Shown here: one piece after another, positions 47,391-61,487 of the stretch
Numbering within the stretch: the stretch's first letter is position 1
Layout: each line of letters opens with the position of its first letter
Assembly (NCBI RefSeq): GCF_001194135.2
Contig: NC_068986.1
Location: 754,006 to 818,005, forward strand
Source of the DNA: Octopus bimaculoides
Taxonomy: Eukaryota
DNA length: 64,000 nt
Direction: 5' to 3'
Program-made: the position numbers and the translations under genes
Notes under the pieces: model-generated
Seen by the model: the letters and a program-made list of their open reading frames with translations, nothing else
Databases searched by the model: none
Told to the model about the DNA's origin: nothing

Positions 47391-48508
47391 AGAAAGAGAT
47401 ACAAATTTGTGTCAAAAGATTTCAGGACATAGAATCAGATGAGTAAAAGACTGCAGTTTTGTAAATTTGGCTGTTAAATAAATAAATAAATAAAAAAAAG
47501 ATTTTTGTAAATTCTAATATTTGTTCATACAAGTCGCAGTAAATGCTTACACACAAGATCAGAAAACCAGAAGAATATATCACAACTAATTAAAACATAA
47601 GAAATTAGTTCCGACTGTAAATTAAAATTGAGTAAACTGTTTCAAGAATTTTAGTGACAACAAAATTGCTACAAAGAAATCATTAGGAAGGGTAAAGAAA
47701 AAAATAAAGACACCATCACCCACATTCAAAACACTAGAACCCCACCCCACCCCTTTGACCTTAGTTTCCCACTAGAAGTTATTACATTTTACCTTTTTTT
47801 TCTTTATATTGCCTTTGAACAGTAAACTTCTTTTTAATGTATAAAGGCACACACATGGCCAAGATGGTTAAGAAGTTCTCTTTGCAATACCAAGTTGTGG
47901 TACAAATGCAAGCCATCATCATTTAATGTTCATTTTCTTGGCTGGCATGGGTTATCCTGAGTACTTTCATACTTTAAACAGAATTAGGTCCCGCCTCAAA
48001 ACATTTTGCTGAGACACAATTGTAATAAAACATGGCCCTGTCTATATAATAAGCCTTGGTTGGTTATTTTGATGACTCACTGCAGATGTTTGGTGCAGCA
48101 ATGTTAGAAAATATTTAGTGAGGCTCATTCTGAGATCTATTATAAACATATTCAACCATATGGCACAATAGGAATAAAATCAATACTATTAAAGTTTACA
48201 ATCAACCTGCATAAAATATATTTTAGGAGTCTAGCCATCTGTTTGGACATTGCACTTCATCAGGATACATGTGGTTAGAAAAACAAGTTCTCACAGTTTC
48301 CTTTCAAACTGTAATATTTACATTTATTCCTCTATTTATATAAGCTTTTTCAAAAATCTTAAAATTATCAACTTTTGCCACCCATTTTTTTTTAGGACAT
48401 TATTTCAAACACAAACAGTAATATATGATATAAGCATTCCAATTTCTGAAAACAATTTACTGGGGTGGGGACCAAAAAAACTAATTTGTGTAGAAGACAT
48501 ATACATAC

Positions 48509-48620
48509 TTAGAACTTAAACCACCACCAGGTGGCAATCCTTCTATTTCATCATCCATCAACTCGTGCATCACAAGAGAAAGGTCGACATCATCTTCAGG
48601 TTTGCAGTTGTCTAGGATTT
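48509..48620 (-). CDS. PPM1A/PPM1B: PPM1A/B C-terminal domain exon (EILDNCKPEDDVDLSLVMHELMDDEIEGLPPGGGLSSK)
   Basis: PP2C_C motif VM..L..E.I..LPPGGGL..K; acceptor TTTTGTAG|AA, donor AA|GTATGT; phase 1-2, 112 nt. Confidence 0.93.
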
Positions 48621-51600
48621 CTACAAAACAAAATAGATAAATGAGTACACTAGTTAAGAAAGCAAGATGTAATTTCCTCAGCAATAGTTGATTAATTGAC
48701 ATATATTTAACAATGTGAGTGTTTCAATGGAAGTAGATAAGGCAAAAGTGGTTTATATTAAAAAAAACATAAAAACAGACTATATGATTATTGTGAAATG
48801 AAGAGTAAAATAAAAATCATTACTATGGCAATATTAATGACAAAAAGGAAGCAGGGATGTAGAAGTTTGTCATTGTAATATGTAACTAATGAGATATGGA
48901 AATTAACCATTGTATAATGTAACTGAAATAGATGAAACAGACCAGCCATTGTAATATTTAGCTGTAACAGAAGAGATGTAAAAACTGAAAGTAATATGTA
49001 ATTGTAGTTTAAAAAACAACAAAAAAAAACTGACAATTTTTTTATTTAATAGTTCAGTCTGAAAGAGGAGGAGGAAGTGGTGGTGGTGAAGTATCCCTGA
49101 TCTCTCTAAAATGGGAGACTCCAATATGGCTATATTCAGCTTAAATAACTACAGCAAGATGCTTGCAAAATGGGTTTTTCTGGGCAGATGCTTCCCAATG
49201 AAGGACAAAGTGCAGTTAGATGGCTGGCTAAGCTCATAAAATGTATTATATGGAGTCTAATCATAAAATTTGATAGTATTGATTATTAGAATTGAGTCAT
49301 ATGGCTAAATGTGTTTATAATTGTTCAAACAATTAGCTTCACTAAGTATTTTATAACACTGTTGCATGAAAACATCATCAAATCATCAATATGTCCATGG
49401 CATAGAGACAAGACATGGTTTACTACGGTTGTATATTGGTAAGTCAAGTATGCAATGAGATGGGAAACTTAACTTCTAGGACCCAATTCTCTTTAAAGTA
49501 TGGAAGCACCTCTGATTATACAGGACATTTCCAAAATGATACAACTATAAGAAGATAAAAACTATATGGAAGCGAACTTGCTGTAAAAATAATAATCAGA
49601 GCATGTGGCAGTCGAAATGGGTGTTGTGTACTCTACTAATATTCATTCAATTGTTGTTGCATCAGCAATGGCATTTTCCAAAGATGGAACATGGTGTTCA
49701 TTGTTGAATTTTTGGTTTTGTATTTCCAGTTATTGAATGTTTCTGCAGCTGGCATCTTTGCGTCATTTCTGCCATTTCATAACTGTATCAATAATAATAA
49801 GCATGTCTATTTTTGGAAATGCCATAGCTGATACATTTCAATGAATATCTGAACAATACCAGCACATAGCAATCATTTTAACTGCTACATTCTGTTGACC
49901 TTGAGTACACTGTTAACTGATTAACACCTGGGCATCATATTCACTTGCAGGTACAGTCTACACTCTGTCCTCTAAGGTGCATCATTTTTGAAAATACCCT
50001 GCACTCCTCTTATACAATTACATTTAATTACCTTTTGTGTAGATATATATCTATATAGAAATTTTATTTATCCATACTTATCAAAAAAAGAGAGCTGATA
50101 GAGAATCGACAAGTTAGCTCTTTTTATAAAGAATACTTAGCAATTGTAAATGAGAAAAAAGAAAAAAAAACTTGTCTGATTTGCAACTCTTGCGTTAACA
50201 TTGAAGAAACTTGTGTATCATCGTGTATTATGAATGTGAATGAGCAACTTTTTCCAGGTGACAGGTGGCAGTGATGCAATTTCTCTTGTAACACATTGTA
50301 TAGTTGCAACAGTGCATAGTGCATCATATCATTTAAGGGAGGAACTACAGACAATATTTTGAAATTCATCATCAGAGCCCTCAAAATCTTCAACATCACT
50401 GTTCAATATACATTCTCTCTTACTAATGGGGTACCTGCAATGTAAACGTAATTGGGTTCACTTTCTCCAAAATCCATCATGAAATGTATGATGTTATGTG
50501 TTATTCATCAGGAAAACTGTATAGCTCTTCATTCCATTATGCTTGATGAGATGAAAGATGTCATTTCTTTTGTGTACATCTTAGCACAGGCACTAAATCA
50601 CTGAAAATCCCAATTTTGTGAACAACACTGTTGTTGATTACAAGTTTCCAACAGACCAATTACTGGTTCATTGCATTTATGAAGGCAGAGCAACAGGGAA
50701 TTATCTGTAAAATTTGGAACAGGTACGTACCACAAGAGCCTTTATTCAAAAGTACTAGTTTGTCTTTTTTTACCAAAATAATTCACACAAGTTACTGCAC
50801 AATGTTCAACTAGCAAATTTCACTCATGAGGCACTAGTCAATCTGAGACAATAATAGAGGAGGACACCTGTGCAAGATGCCAAGCAGTGAGACTGAATCT
50901 GGAACTACATGGTCATGTGAGTTCCAGAAGCATGTCTACTGATGATTTTGTTTGTAGATTTTTACAATTTCAGAGTTATGGTGCTAAAACCTAGCCATGG
51001 AACTAACTTCACTGTAACTAGAGGGTTCTCTTTGTGAACAACTATTTCTGTTTACAAGCACCAATTTCTATGAATCAGTCAAAAATTTGAATTTAGCAAC
51101 TAACAAGTGTCTGTATTCATTTTCTAATATGAAATAACACATCCAATGAAAAGAAAAGTCCAATAAAAGAAAATTGTAATACATTTTACCATCTTCAAAT
51201 CTGTGAAGCATTTGTTGGTGGCTGTGCTACTCTCACAATTTGTCTACTTCTACACAATTTAGGTAAAATCTACGACTAAAATTTATATAATTTAGTTAAG
51301 ATCTAACCTAGGGCAGTAGCTGTCCATTTTTGTTTTTTCCTTTCCACTCCACAGCAAATTTGTATTTTGTGTGAAAGAAAACCCATTTAATTCGAACTAT
51401 TACAGCAGGATACTGTGATAAACAAGCTGCTGCACTATATTCTCAATTTTAAATCACAAATATGAACCATAATGGATGCAGATGCCATCCATTCCTCTTG
51501 CCCATCGGACTTTAAAGACTGCATTCTTAAATTTAAACCCAATAAAACGGATATCATTGATCTGCCTATATTTCTTTTAGTTGAGTTAATTTTCCACTGT

Positions 51601-54372
51601 TCAGTATTGGTTACTCAGCAACAGTTTGGATCATTAAAACTTGTCTCCCTTAGTTGCTGTTTCTTCTCGGGACAATTCATTGAACAAGAGATATAGGACT
51701 TGGCCTTATTGGTCTGATGACAACCTTCATAATAACTGGTTTCAGTGTGCTATCTCATTGCTTTGGAAACACTACTCAAAGAAACTGGTTTATAAATGAC
51801 CTCCATTTTCTTACAACAAAGCTCGTCTGTCATTTCTCTTCACCAGCTCTCATGGTTTTATGAACTACAGTAATCAGAATAATGGCCTCTCTCAAACAAA
51901 GTGATTTATATCTACAGTAAGTTGCTACACAACTAATGAATGGTTAATTTGCATTAAGAAAAGATTTTTTTTCCAATAAGCATACTTCAGTACTAAAAAT
52001 AGTATCATTATAGCATGTCAATATTTTCTAAGTCATCATTGTTCATTAAAAAGAAAATGAATTACCACTAATTTACAAACACACACATTTTACAGAGAGA
52101 GAGAGAGGGAGAGAGGGGAGGTATTTTCATATAAATTCAGACACAAATGCTCTTGGAAGTTATTCTATGTTGATGACCTTATGAAAAGAACTTAAATCTC
52201 AAAAAAAAAAAAAGCATTGAATCACTAATTCCAAAACCAAACCCATTAGTGGCAGACAGTAAAATCATTGAAGTTATTTATAACGTTAAGAAAACTATGA
52301 GTATCTGACCAGCTTGGAAGAAATTATTTGAACTGCTTATTTGATCAACTGGAGTTCTTGTTTAATCCATGTTAGCAAGGAAAAAGTGGAGGTTAAAACA
52401 ATGATGACGATGATAAAGGATGCCTCTGTATTGTATGGCATACTTATTACATGTTAATTTGGCCTGTGGACATTTACAACCTGAATTTCTTTCCCTTTTT
52501 ACTCTTGTCATGAAACACTACAAAGAAAATATTGTTAGAATTAAGTCAAAATGGTTTTCTGATGTAAACGCCACTCATGTAGGGTTTCCTACAGCCTATG
52601 ATTAAGGGCAGGTGACCGCCCAGCCAACCTCCAGTAGTGGAGTGAAGTTGATGGTACCTGCTTTTTGTAGTATATGCAACTTAATATCTGGGATAAACAT
52701 GATCTGCTGAATCTTAATGTTTACTATGGATTTGTAAGGATAACTGCAATGAATGGAAAAAGATCCAATTGAATTATCATTTTCAAAGGTATTTAGCCTA
52801 GATGCATAGTGAGTAATAATAGACAGGAATCTATGTTGTAGCAGTAACTAAGCATAGAAAAATTCATCAACTCCATAATTACAGAATTAGTCATTTTCTT
52901 CACAAAAACTCTTTAGCTTAATGAACATTAAAGTAGTTGTGCAAGAGCTAATGACTAGTAACCACCACTAGAACTAAGATAATGCTATCCTGATGGTGGC
53001 TCTTACTAGTGTCATGTAAACTACCTCTCTTTCCAACTGTTAAATTGATTAGCAAGTGCAAAACAATATATTGGGGTTTCTTCGAGTTTTAAATTCTAAC
53101 TTACCAACACTAACTGGGGAAAAAAAAAAAAAATGAAATGAAATTGTAAAATCAGTGTGATAAAAACAAAAAAAAAAAATCAGTGCTTGTATTGGAATGG
53201 CACACATGAAATTTAATCTGAAATATCTAGCAGAGATGAAGGCTTCAAAATCTAATAAAAGCAAATGGAAGATGAAACAAGCAAGATTTAAGATGAGTTA
53301 TTCAAAATAACCTGAGTATAGCTGAGTAACAAAATGAATTAGATAAGGAATGACAACATTAAGTATTAGAGAACAAAAGAAAATTTTCTTTTATTCCAAA
53401 TAGAATGTATAAAGGAGGAAAAAAACCCCAAATAATTAGGGAAGATCAAGAAGTTACCATGATAAATGCTGTTACATTCAGTCAAAAGTTTACTTAAGTA
53501 AAATTCGGTTACCTTCTATTATAATGCTTAGAAAAAATGCAACCATGATCATTGATGTGAGCAAAGTGAAAGATTGATTAGAGAGATTCTAGACATGCTA
53601 GAGAGGAAGTAAGTGGCTGTGTGCACAAGAGATGAAATAGAAGGGAGCCTCAACAAGACGACACATGTAAGGAACACAGGTATAAATTTTTTGATAGGTA
53701 TATTGTTAGCAGAAACATGGATAATTCAGATAATTCATTTGCAAAAAAAATAACTAAGATTAGATTAGTTATAGACAAATCAATAACCAGTCTGATTTCT
53801 ACCTATGCTCTCCAGTCAGAACTAACATATGAACGAAAGGATCGTTTTTATGAGATGTTTTGCAGACAACCTTGCAAACAGTGAAAAGTGATCTTATTAT
53901 TACAGTGTCTAATAGACATGTTGAACAATCAGGATAACTGTTGCACATGTGAATATGGCCATGGTACAAGAAAAGAAGAATGATCATGGTTCTTGGAGCT
54001 TTGCTATGTAAATGACCAGCCAGAGAGACTACTTCTAACCAGGACACAAAATAGAGAGCTGATTACAAGTGTCAAGAACTTCCCTGATGAACAAAGGGTG
54101 TAATTAGTCACCTCAAGATAAGAACTAGATGCACCCGGAAGCAGAAAGCTAACTGGGAAAGGAAGGAGTGGAAGCTAACAATTCATACATAACTTTCAAT
54201 AATTACACGACCTTAATACACACATAACTTTCAATAACTGACAACACTTAGAGTGAGAAGGGGACAGAGATAAAGGAATCTGACAGAGGGTAACTGGACA
54301 TTTCTGCATGGCAAACTACAATGATCATTTGGGCTAAATCTCCAATGCAAGGAAAATTTTCCTCCAGCAGTA

Positions 54373-54588
54373 TTAACCCTTTTATTACCATATTTCTGTT
54401 GAAAAATACTACCTTAGTTTCAGTTAATTCAGAAAATAAAGAATTTACTACACTAACTTTTCCATTACTCAGCTGGTATTTGGAACATAAATTAACATAA
54501 AATTTTGATGGACAATTTTAATTTAGATTACTTTAAAACAAAGAGTTCATAGAGGTGGCCTCAGGTGGGTGGGTATCAAAAGGGTTAA
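54373..54588. mobile_element. piggyBac-like MITE, second family
   Basis: TTAA-CCCTTTTATTACC...GGTATCAAAAGGG-TTAA. Confidence 0.75.
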
Positions 54589-55054
54589 AGACCTCAAAAA
54601 AGGTCATGGGCACAGCCTCTCTTCCTCCAGATGATTAAAGGGTGGAGAGGGGGGTGAAAGTAAAAGTCTGCTAATATTCTATAGCATGAGAATCAGAAGC
54701 ATGATCTCTTGAATTGCGAGGCAATATGTCAGACATCACCAGTTGAAAGTATATCCAGAATGACAGCAGCACACTTGCTTTGATATTAAGAAAGAGGCAT
54801 AGAAATGGTTCTAAGAGCTGTTGCTGAGTAACAGGAACGGAACAGGAAAAAGGAGAATGGCTTCAAATGCATTAACTCACACACACAGAGAAAAAAAAAG
54901 AAGCTATTGTAGTAGATTTCTAAATGATAGAAAAGCCATTAAGGATATGAACGTAGGGAAAACAACTGGATGATTAGCAAGTCACCAAAATGCTGAAAGT
55001 ATCTAGCAAAGTATAACATACACTGGTTACTTGCATTATCGATTTAAGTAGGTG

Positions 55055-55206
55055 CAGGTATGGCTGTGTTGTAAGAAGTTTGCTTCCTAGCCACATGGTT
55101 CCAGGTTGACTCCCACAAAGTGTGACAATTTAAGTGTCTTCTACTATAAACCTGGACCAACCAAAACCTTGCGAGTGGATTTGGTAGACAAACTGGAAGA
55201 AGCCCA
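55055..55206 (+). mobile_element. tRNA/CORE SINE
   Basis: TGGCTGTGTTGTAAGAAGTTTGCTTCC...AAGTGTCTTCTACTATA...CCTTGCGAGTGGATTTGGTAGAC...GAAGAAGCCC. Confidence 0.8.
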
Positions 55207-55331
55207 TAGCCTGTGCATGTGTCCTAGTCTTCGTATTGTCTAATATACAAATAGTGTTGTTCATTTGCAACAGTTCTGCAAGAACATGTGCAGCCATAGG
55301 GGAAAATATTAACTTGCTTGGAAACAGGTGA

Positions 55332-55427
55332 GGGTTGGTGAGAAGAAGAGCATTTGGCTGTAGAAAATCTGCTTCAAACTCTGTCCAACCCATGCAAACA
55401 TGGAAAAGCAGACATTAAATGATGATG
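55332..55427 (+). mobile_element. RTE-tailed SINE 3' fragment
   Basis: TGTCCAACCCATGCAAACATGGAAAAGCAGACATTAAATGATGATG. Confidence 0.8.
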
Positions 55428-56110
55428 CCTTGTCTCCAATAACTGACATAGCAATATCGTTATCTGTTACAGATAAAAATTATCTGTTACACATAAAAAA
55501 AAAGAATTTTCACTCAAAAAGTAACATTTTAACTTGTAACTAAATAAATCACTACAAAAATGAGAGTTTAGTGGAATGTTTTCATGGTTAAATTGTTTTC
55601 GACAGAGATAGGCAAGAAAGAAAAAAATGGAAAGTCAAATAGAAGCACCATTCTTAATTTCACAATACTGTTTTACAATGAAGTCAGTATTTGGTCTCAA
55701 ATACAATTCTCTCTAGAATTTCTATCACTCTTCACACATGAAAGCAATTATCCTTACCATTCATGTTTTTCTAAATTGTATAGCAGTTTCTGAAAAAAAC
55801 ACTTTACAACTTATTTAATTTTATTTGTTCTTTTGTTTTACATGTTTTCCATGATAGCATGTGTCAGACAAAAATTACTGAAGCATTGTTTTTTAACCAG
55901 ATATCCTTCCTGTTGCTCACCCTGGCCTATTTTCCAGATTCCAGATATTTTATATTCCAGCTGTCTTCCAAAGCATAGAATCAAAGGACAATCTATAGAT
56001 AAGGAGCATCAACAAACATTGCCGTTTTATTTTTAGTGCAACACTTTCTCTTTCTTGCAAAATGTAGAATGTAAACACTCTGCACAGAGACAAACATATA
56101 CACACACAAT

Positions 56111-56242
56111 GGGCTTCCATACAGTTTCTGTCAACCAATTCCACTCACAAAACATTGGTCAACCTCAGACTAATGTGGAATACACTTGACATGCAATCAG
56201 AATTAGTGACCACATGATTACCAAGCAAACTGTATCCATGGC
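56111..56242 (-). mobile_element. tRNA/CORE SINE, old copy
   Basis: GGGCTTCCATACAGTTTCTGTCAACCAATTCCACTCACAA... Confidence 0.7.
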
Positions 56243-56902
56243 AACTATTACTAGAAAACATTTGTAAATTACAAAGTAGATCATCTCTAATTTTTGCTAA
56301 ATTAAATCGAATTGAGAATCAATTTTGCATAGAACCTATGTCTATACAGAGAGGGACTTGTAGAACAGAAGATGTAGAATGGACCATTTTCAAAACAATG
56401 TTATCCTCCACATGTTCTATTTTAATGTATGTTACACATCTGACATTAACAAAACATTTGAGGACACACAAAGTCAGACTCTGCTAGATATCTTATTACA
56501 TTTTCAATAATTCCAAAGACCAACTAATATTCAAAATAAAAATAATTCTATTGCTAAAAGGTTTCATCATCATCATTCTCATATGTCTTCTCATGCAGAC
56601 ACATATTAGAACAGGACATTTTGAAGCAGTATTTTATGGCTGGAGGCCATCGCTAACACCAACATTTTAGTTACAACTTATGACATGTAGGGATATGGTT
56701 TACATATTCTAAAAACAGTGATACAGTTTCTAGATGATAATTTCATGAGCTGGTAACATACTCATAATCTTAATTACTTTATCAGAAAATTATTAGAAAA
56801 AAAGAAAGTTTATACACAATTTTTAGTGTATTCAAAATACATGGTACTCTTTTATTATTCAACTCCTGCATAAAAACCAAAATGTGAAACAAATATAAAA
56901 AC

Positions 56903-57020
56903 CTTTAATTTTGTTCTCCAAACGTGTGTCCAGTTCTCTTTCTTTTCTTATTGCCTCATCTGACAGCTTAGGTGCTCCTGGAAAAGCTATGAGGACAATG
57001 CTCATGTTATCTCGACTTCC
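56903..57020 (-). CDS. PPM1A/PPM1B: PPM1A/B exon ending the catalytic domain ([39 protein letters not shown])
   Basis: Invariant PP2C GSRDNMS motif; acceptor CTGCTTACAG|GGA, donor AAAG|GTTTTT; phase 0-1, 118 nt. Upstream catalytic exon(s) lie beyond position 64000. Confidence 0.95.
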
Positions 57021-59712
57021 CTGTAAGCAGAATATGAAGGTTATGAAAAATAAATACAAGTAAATAAGAGAGAAGAGAGATTTGAAGAATAGGGGGGAAA
57101 AAAAAGAAAGAAAAATGTAAATTTCAAATGGAATGACATCTAAAGCAAATGGGAATCAAATTCACTGATATATTTGGAACCCTATTACATAGATTATCCA
57201 GATTCTAGTATGCTGTGAATTAAATGCTATCTAAAACATAATAGAAAAATAAAATATATATGAGCAGAAACAATCAAATTCAGGCATTGCCTAGTAAATT
57301 TGACAGTAATCCAGATGGTGGTGGTGGTGGTGGATTGTCTTCCTTGGTTTAAAAAACACCAGTAAGTGTAAACCAGGAAATCATTTTATTCTTTCAACAA
57401 CAAAATGGAACTAATTTATAATTATCACAAAGTGAGATTAAGGTTTGGCTTTTAACTCAGTTTCCAAACAACTCTTAACTTCAGGGTTCAATTTTTAGCT
57501 CACTAAAATATACAGTTAACACCAGATTGGTTTCTATCTTCTAAATTTTATTATCCATTTAATTTAACACAAAAGGATTGATTGTAATCAATTAGTTCAA
57601 TTAACTGGTATGAATACAAAGTTGGCAGAACTATGTGAACAATTTAGGATTATTTTATAAAAGGTTAACTTTTATAATATTAATATCGCAGAATCGTGAG
57701 AAGTATATAAAATACTTTTATTGAAATTTGATAATTTTCTCTTAATAATGTTTGTTGGCTTATTTGTTGGCATATTAGTGGTTGCTTTTTATAGTTTGTT
57801 AGAGTGAAAAGAGTTCAGGAATTTTCAGTTGCAGAAAAGGCCTAATAATTTTTTTTTCATTTTGTTTACCTAGAGATATTCTGGCACTAAAAAAGATGTC
57901 ATTAGGAAACTGAAGTATATCATATCCACATTAAGCCTAACAGTATGAAACTAGCATGAAGTGATAAGATATTATCTGAAATTTCAAAATGACTTAAGCT
58001 AAAAAAAAGGAATTGAAGTATGGTGTGTGTTCACTGGTTTGTTTCATATCTATTTTCACATGCTGGTATGGCTTGAATGATTTTTTTTTTTTAAGACAGC
58101 ATTTTATGGCCAAATGCTTTTTCTGCTGCCAATCCTTACCTAACTTAAGGACTTTTTTTTTGCTGCATTAGACTTTGAAAGCAGAGCTACAGAACCTATT
58201 GTTCCCAGGCAATGTAAACATAGCATCACCATTTTTACCTCAGCAGAAATATCAACACACAATATCCTTCAATATAGTTTCTAACTCTGGAAGCTATGAT
58301 AGAAGACATTTGCCCATGGCGGCAGTGGGATTGAAACCAAAATGATATTGTTATAAAGCAAACTCCATATATCTACACTTATAGAGTCAAATTTGAGCAT
58401 ATGCTTAATTGAAATTGAGATTTAATACAACATTTGCAAATAACAGAGAATTTAAGTATTTTTCTTCTTTTTTTTCAATCATTTAGAAAGTAGCTTATTA
58501 GATTTTTTTTTTAATGCTGACAATTAAACAGCAAAACCAAAGTTATTTCCAGAGAGACTTATTATGTGGAAGCAAAAAGACCTTAATACTTTGTTCAACT
58601 ACTTTAATTTTCTTTTAATCCTGACCATTTTCCCTGGTTCTTCAAAATATATTCCTCGCTAACAAAGCTAATACTGTTAAAAATTTTCATAGTTTTATCA
58701 TTTAATCTGCCCGTGGCTCAATTATGAAAGCTAATTTCACCCATCCTGCTACTATTTAAAACTGATTCATTCTTTAGCTATTATTACAATGTATGTCTAA
58801 GCCAGACCAAAACATTTTGAACACAGTGTATTTGCATTTAATGTGAAAACTCAAATATTAACAACAGGTTGCAAAGAAAATTTGAAACTATATACAGTAT
58901 TGTTCAAAAGGTGTTCTAAATTCATAGTTTTATTATATGTGAGAAGGAACAATAACCAATTATGTTATCTTTTAAATAATCTTGTAGACATTCAGGTGAA
59001 GCAGTGCATTTTCGTTGGGTTTCAAGAAGCGAAAAGTAGTCATTTCACTCCTTTCAATGGCAGTAAAAACTCTTAACATATAATCACAAAACCTAATTTA
59101 ATAATTGTGTGCTAATTATATACTTAGTGCTCATTACCATCTTTACTAATTGTGGCCAATTTCTAAACCAAAAGGAAAGCATTAATATTGCATATTTTAG
59201 AGGAACAAAGCATTTTCAAAATTGGAAGTGAAGAGAAAAGTTTTCGAAAAAAACAAAAATTATGAAATTTGCTGTCAGGAACAGAAAAAAAAAATCTCAA
59301 AACAAAGTTTCTGTTGAAAGCTGTATCCAAAGTTACAAATGTCCCCCAAAACATAAAAAGATATATCTGAAAGACTAATTCCTCACTAGAATAATGCAGA
59401 TAATTTAATTTCAAATCATTTTGCAGGTTAGTAATGAACATTGTAAGAAAAGTTGGTATCAATAAAGCAAATTTCCACAAATTTAAGAATTTCTCTCTTC
59501 ATTAGCAACATTCTATCAATTTCAAATTTCCTCTCAGCTAGACAGTTGCATTGTCACCATATCAGTGCAGCAAGCTATGGTAGCACCAAAGTTCAAATGC
59601 TGTGCACTAGCTTTGAAGCTCAAATATTTTTGATCTTTGTGTCAGAAAAAGTACCATTCAGTGATATAAGAAAATTTTAGGGAATGCTGATCACAATGAA
59701 TTATTTTTATAT

Positions 59713-59843
59713 TTGGTGTTAGAAAGGGCATTCAGCCATATATGCCAAATCAGACTGGAGTCTGGTGCAAACTCAGCTTACCAGCCCTGGTTTAACTGTC
59801 CAACCCATAACAGCATAGACAACATATGTTAAATGATGATGAT
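59713..59843 (+). mobile_element. RTE-tailed SINE, old copy
   Basis: GGTGTTAGAAAGGGCATTCAGCC...GCCAAATCAGACTGGAGTCTGGTG...TGTCCAACCCAT...GTTAAATGATGATGAT. Confidence 0.8.
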
Positions 59844-59939
59844 TTATTTACTGGTTGGGTTTGAAGGAAGGGGCTGTGCCTATTGCTTTCACAGGCTCCA
59901 ACACTAATGAGACCACTGTCATTAATGTCCCTAGTCAAC

Positions 59940-61325
59940 ACTTACAACTTGATAGCTGCAGGAATAATTTTTATGATGGAAATTCCAGGGGATCTGATAT
60001 TCTAAGAAGGAAGGAATGAACATAGTGTTTAGTGCAAGGCCTTGAAGTGGAGACGATATGGGTAATGAGAGGCGAGCGGGTCTAGTGTGCCGGAGTAGAG
60101 ACAGTATGAGACAAGCCAGCCTAAAGGTGTAGAGGGAACTGCAGGAGTAAAAGAAAATAGACACAGGGTGTCAGTGGGCCAGAGGTGGAGGAATATTAGT
60201 GAGCAACTCACGTCAATCAGTCAAGTGGCCTCTCTTTGGATGTAGTCCAGGATGTGTTTGTGTGTGTAACAGCACACACACACACACAGCTCCTTTTGGT
60301 AAGAGACCAAAAGCACTGGGTGCTGTTTTGACAGTGGGAGTGTTTGGGCACTGTTAGATACATGGTATGAAAAGTCTTGGCGCAGTGCTAGGTAAAAGTT
60401 GTATTACTTAGCACTGCGACTGCTCCAAGACTGGTTTCTAAGAGTGGGTGATATTCTCCAAGCATTTTAGATCATGTTCTTTACCTGAGCTACTGAAGCA
60501 CAGCTGTGAGTGAACTACTTGTGCTACCTAGGGCTGAGTTTAGTTTTATGTGGTGTATAACTACAGGGGAAGCATGTTGAAAAGGATGGTATGAAGTCAC
60601 CTGCTTAGGTATTTTGGACAGGGTAGCAAGTGCTGCTACAGATAACTCTCAGCAAAAACCTGAGGGCAATCTGACCGGTAGACTAACTTGAAGTTCCACA
60701 GAGTTTAAGAGAAGGAATGCAGTGAACGGATGAATGGTGGATGGATGCAATAAGGCAGTAGTCAGATGAACTTAAAAGGTGCGGAGACAGTGATGGTTTG
60801 GTAAAGGTTGTCTTCAGATTAAAAATAAAAAAAGAGTTCAAATATGTTTGGAGTGTCTGTTTCTCAGTCAGAGATGTATATAGGGAATAAAACTAACAGA
60901 TGCTAAGAGAGAGAGGAGGACTGTAAAAGATTTGGTTTAAATACGAGAGCCAAAACTGATTGAAGTCATTGGAGAGAAGGACTTTAGTGAAGGGTGAAGT
61001 AAAATGTTCTTGATACAGGAAGCAATTTAGTCAGAGTTGTTGATTGGAAGAATCCAGAGAGCAGTAGAGGAAGAAGTAGATGTGTTTAGAGAAGGGGTTG
61101 GGAAACTGAACAAGAGTAACTGGAAGTCTTTCTGGCTGATATCCAAGTGCGGTCAAGAGTAGAATTTACATGTGGAGGACACCATCTTTCAAAGTGATGG
61201 TTTGATAACAAGGCTTAGTTAAGGGTTATCACACAAGATAAATAAAATGTGAGTTTCTATGTCAGTAAGAGATGATATGTGGAGTCTATGTTGAGAGAAC
61301 AAGGGACGATTGTTCAGTAGATCTT
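59940..61325 (-). mobile_element. decayed CR1/Crack-like LINE, RT 3' part
   Basis: Frameshifted pieces LCLFSF..CSSLY...LLRHTR..SHYPYRLHF..LHTKHYVHSFL resemble the CR1-group C-terminal RR.V..L.LFY..CS....R.TR..HPY...RT.HY..SF. motif; GC-richer than the flanks. Confidence 0.6.
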
Positions 61326-61333
61326 GTTTTTGG

Positions 61334-61487
61334 CATCATCATCATCATCGTTTAACGTCCGCTTTCCATGCTAGCATGGGTTGGACGACTTGACTGAGGA
61401 CTGGTGAAACCGGATGGCAACACCAGGCTCCAATCTAAATTTGGCAGAGTTTCTACAGCTGGATGCCCTTCCTAACGCCAACCACTC
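61334..61487 (-). mobile_element. RTE-tailed SINE, young 5'-truncated copy
   Basis: Near-identical to the 2087 copy. Confidence 0.92.

Noticed and set aside
50340-50445. Acceptor plus acidic peptide YPISKRECILNSDVEDFEGSDDEFQ on the minus strand in the PPM1 intron
   Set aside because: Phase 2, whereas the upstream exon ends in phase 1, and it ends in a stop; probably a TE remnant or chance.
54186-54240. Short direct repeats (ACATAACTTTCAATAA twice; GAATGAGAAGGGGAATTAGAA twice near 21788)
   Set aside because: Two-copy local slippage duplications, not arrays.
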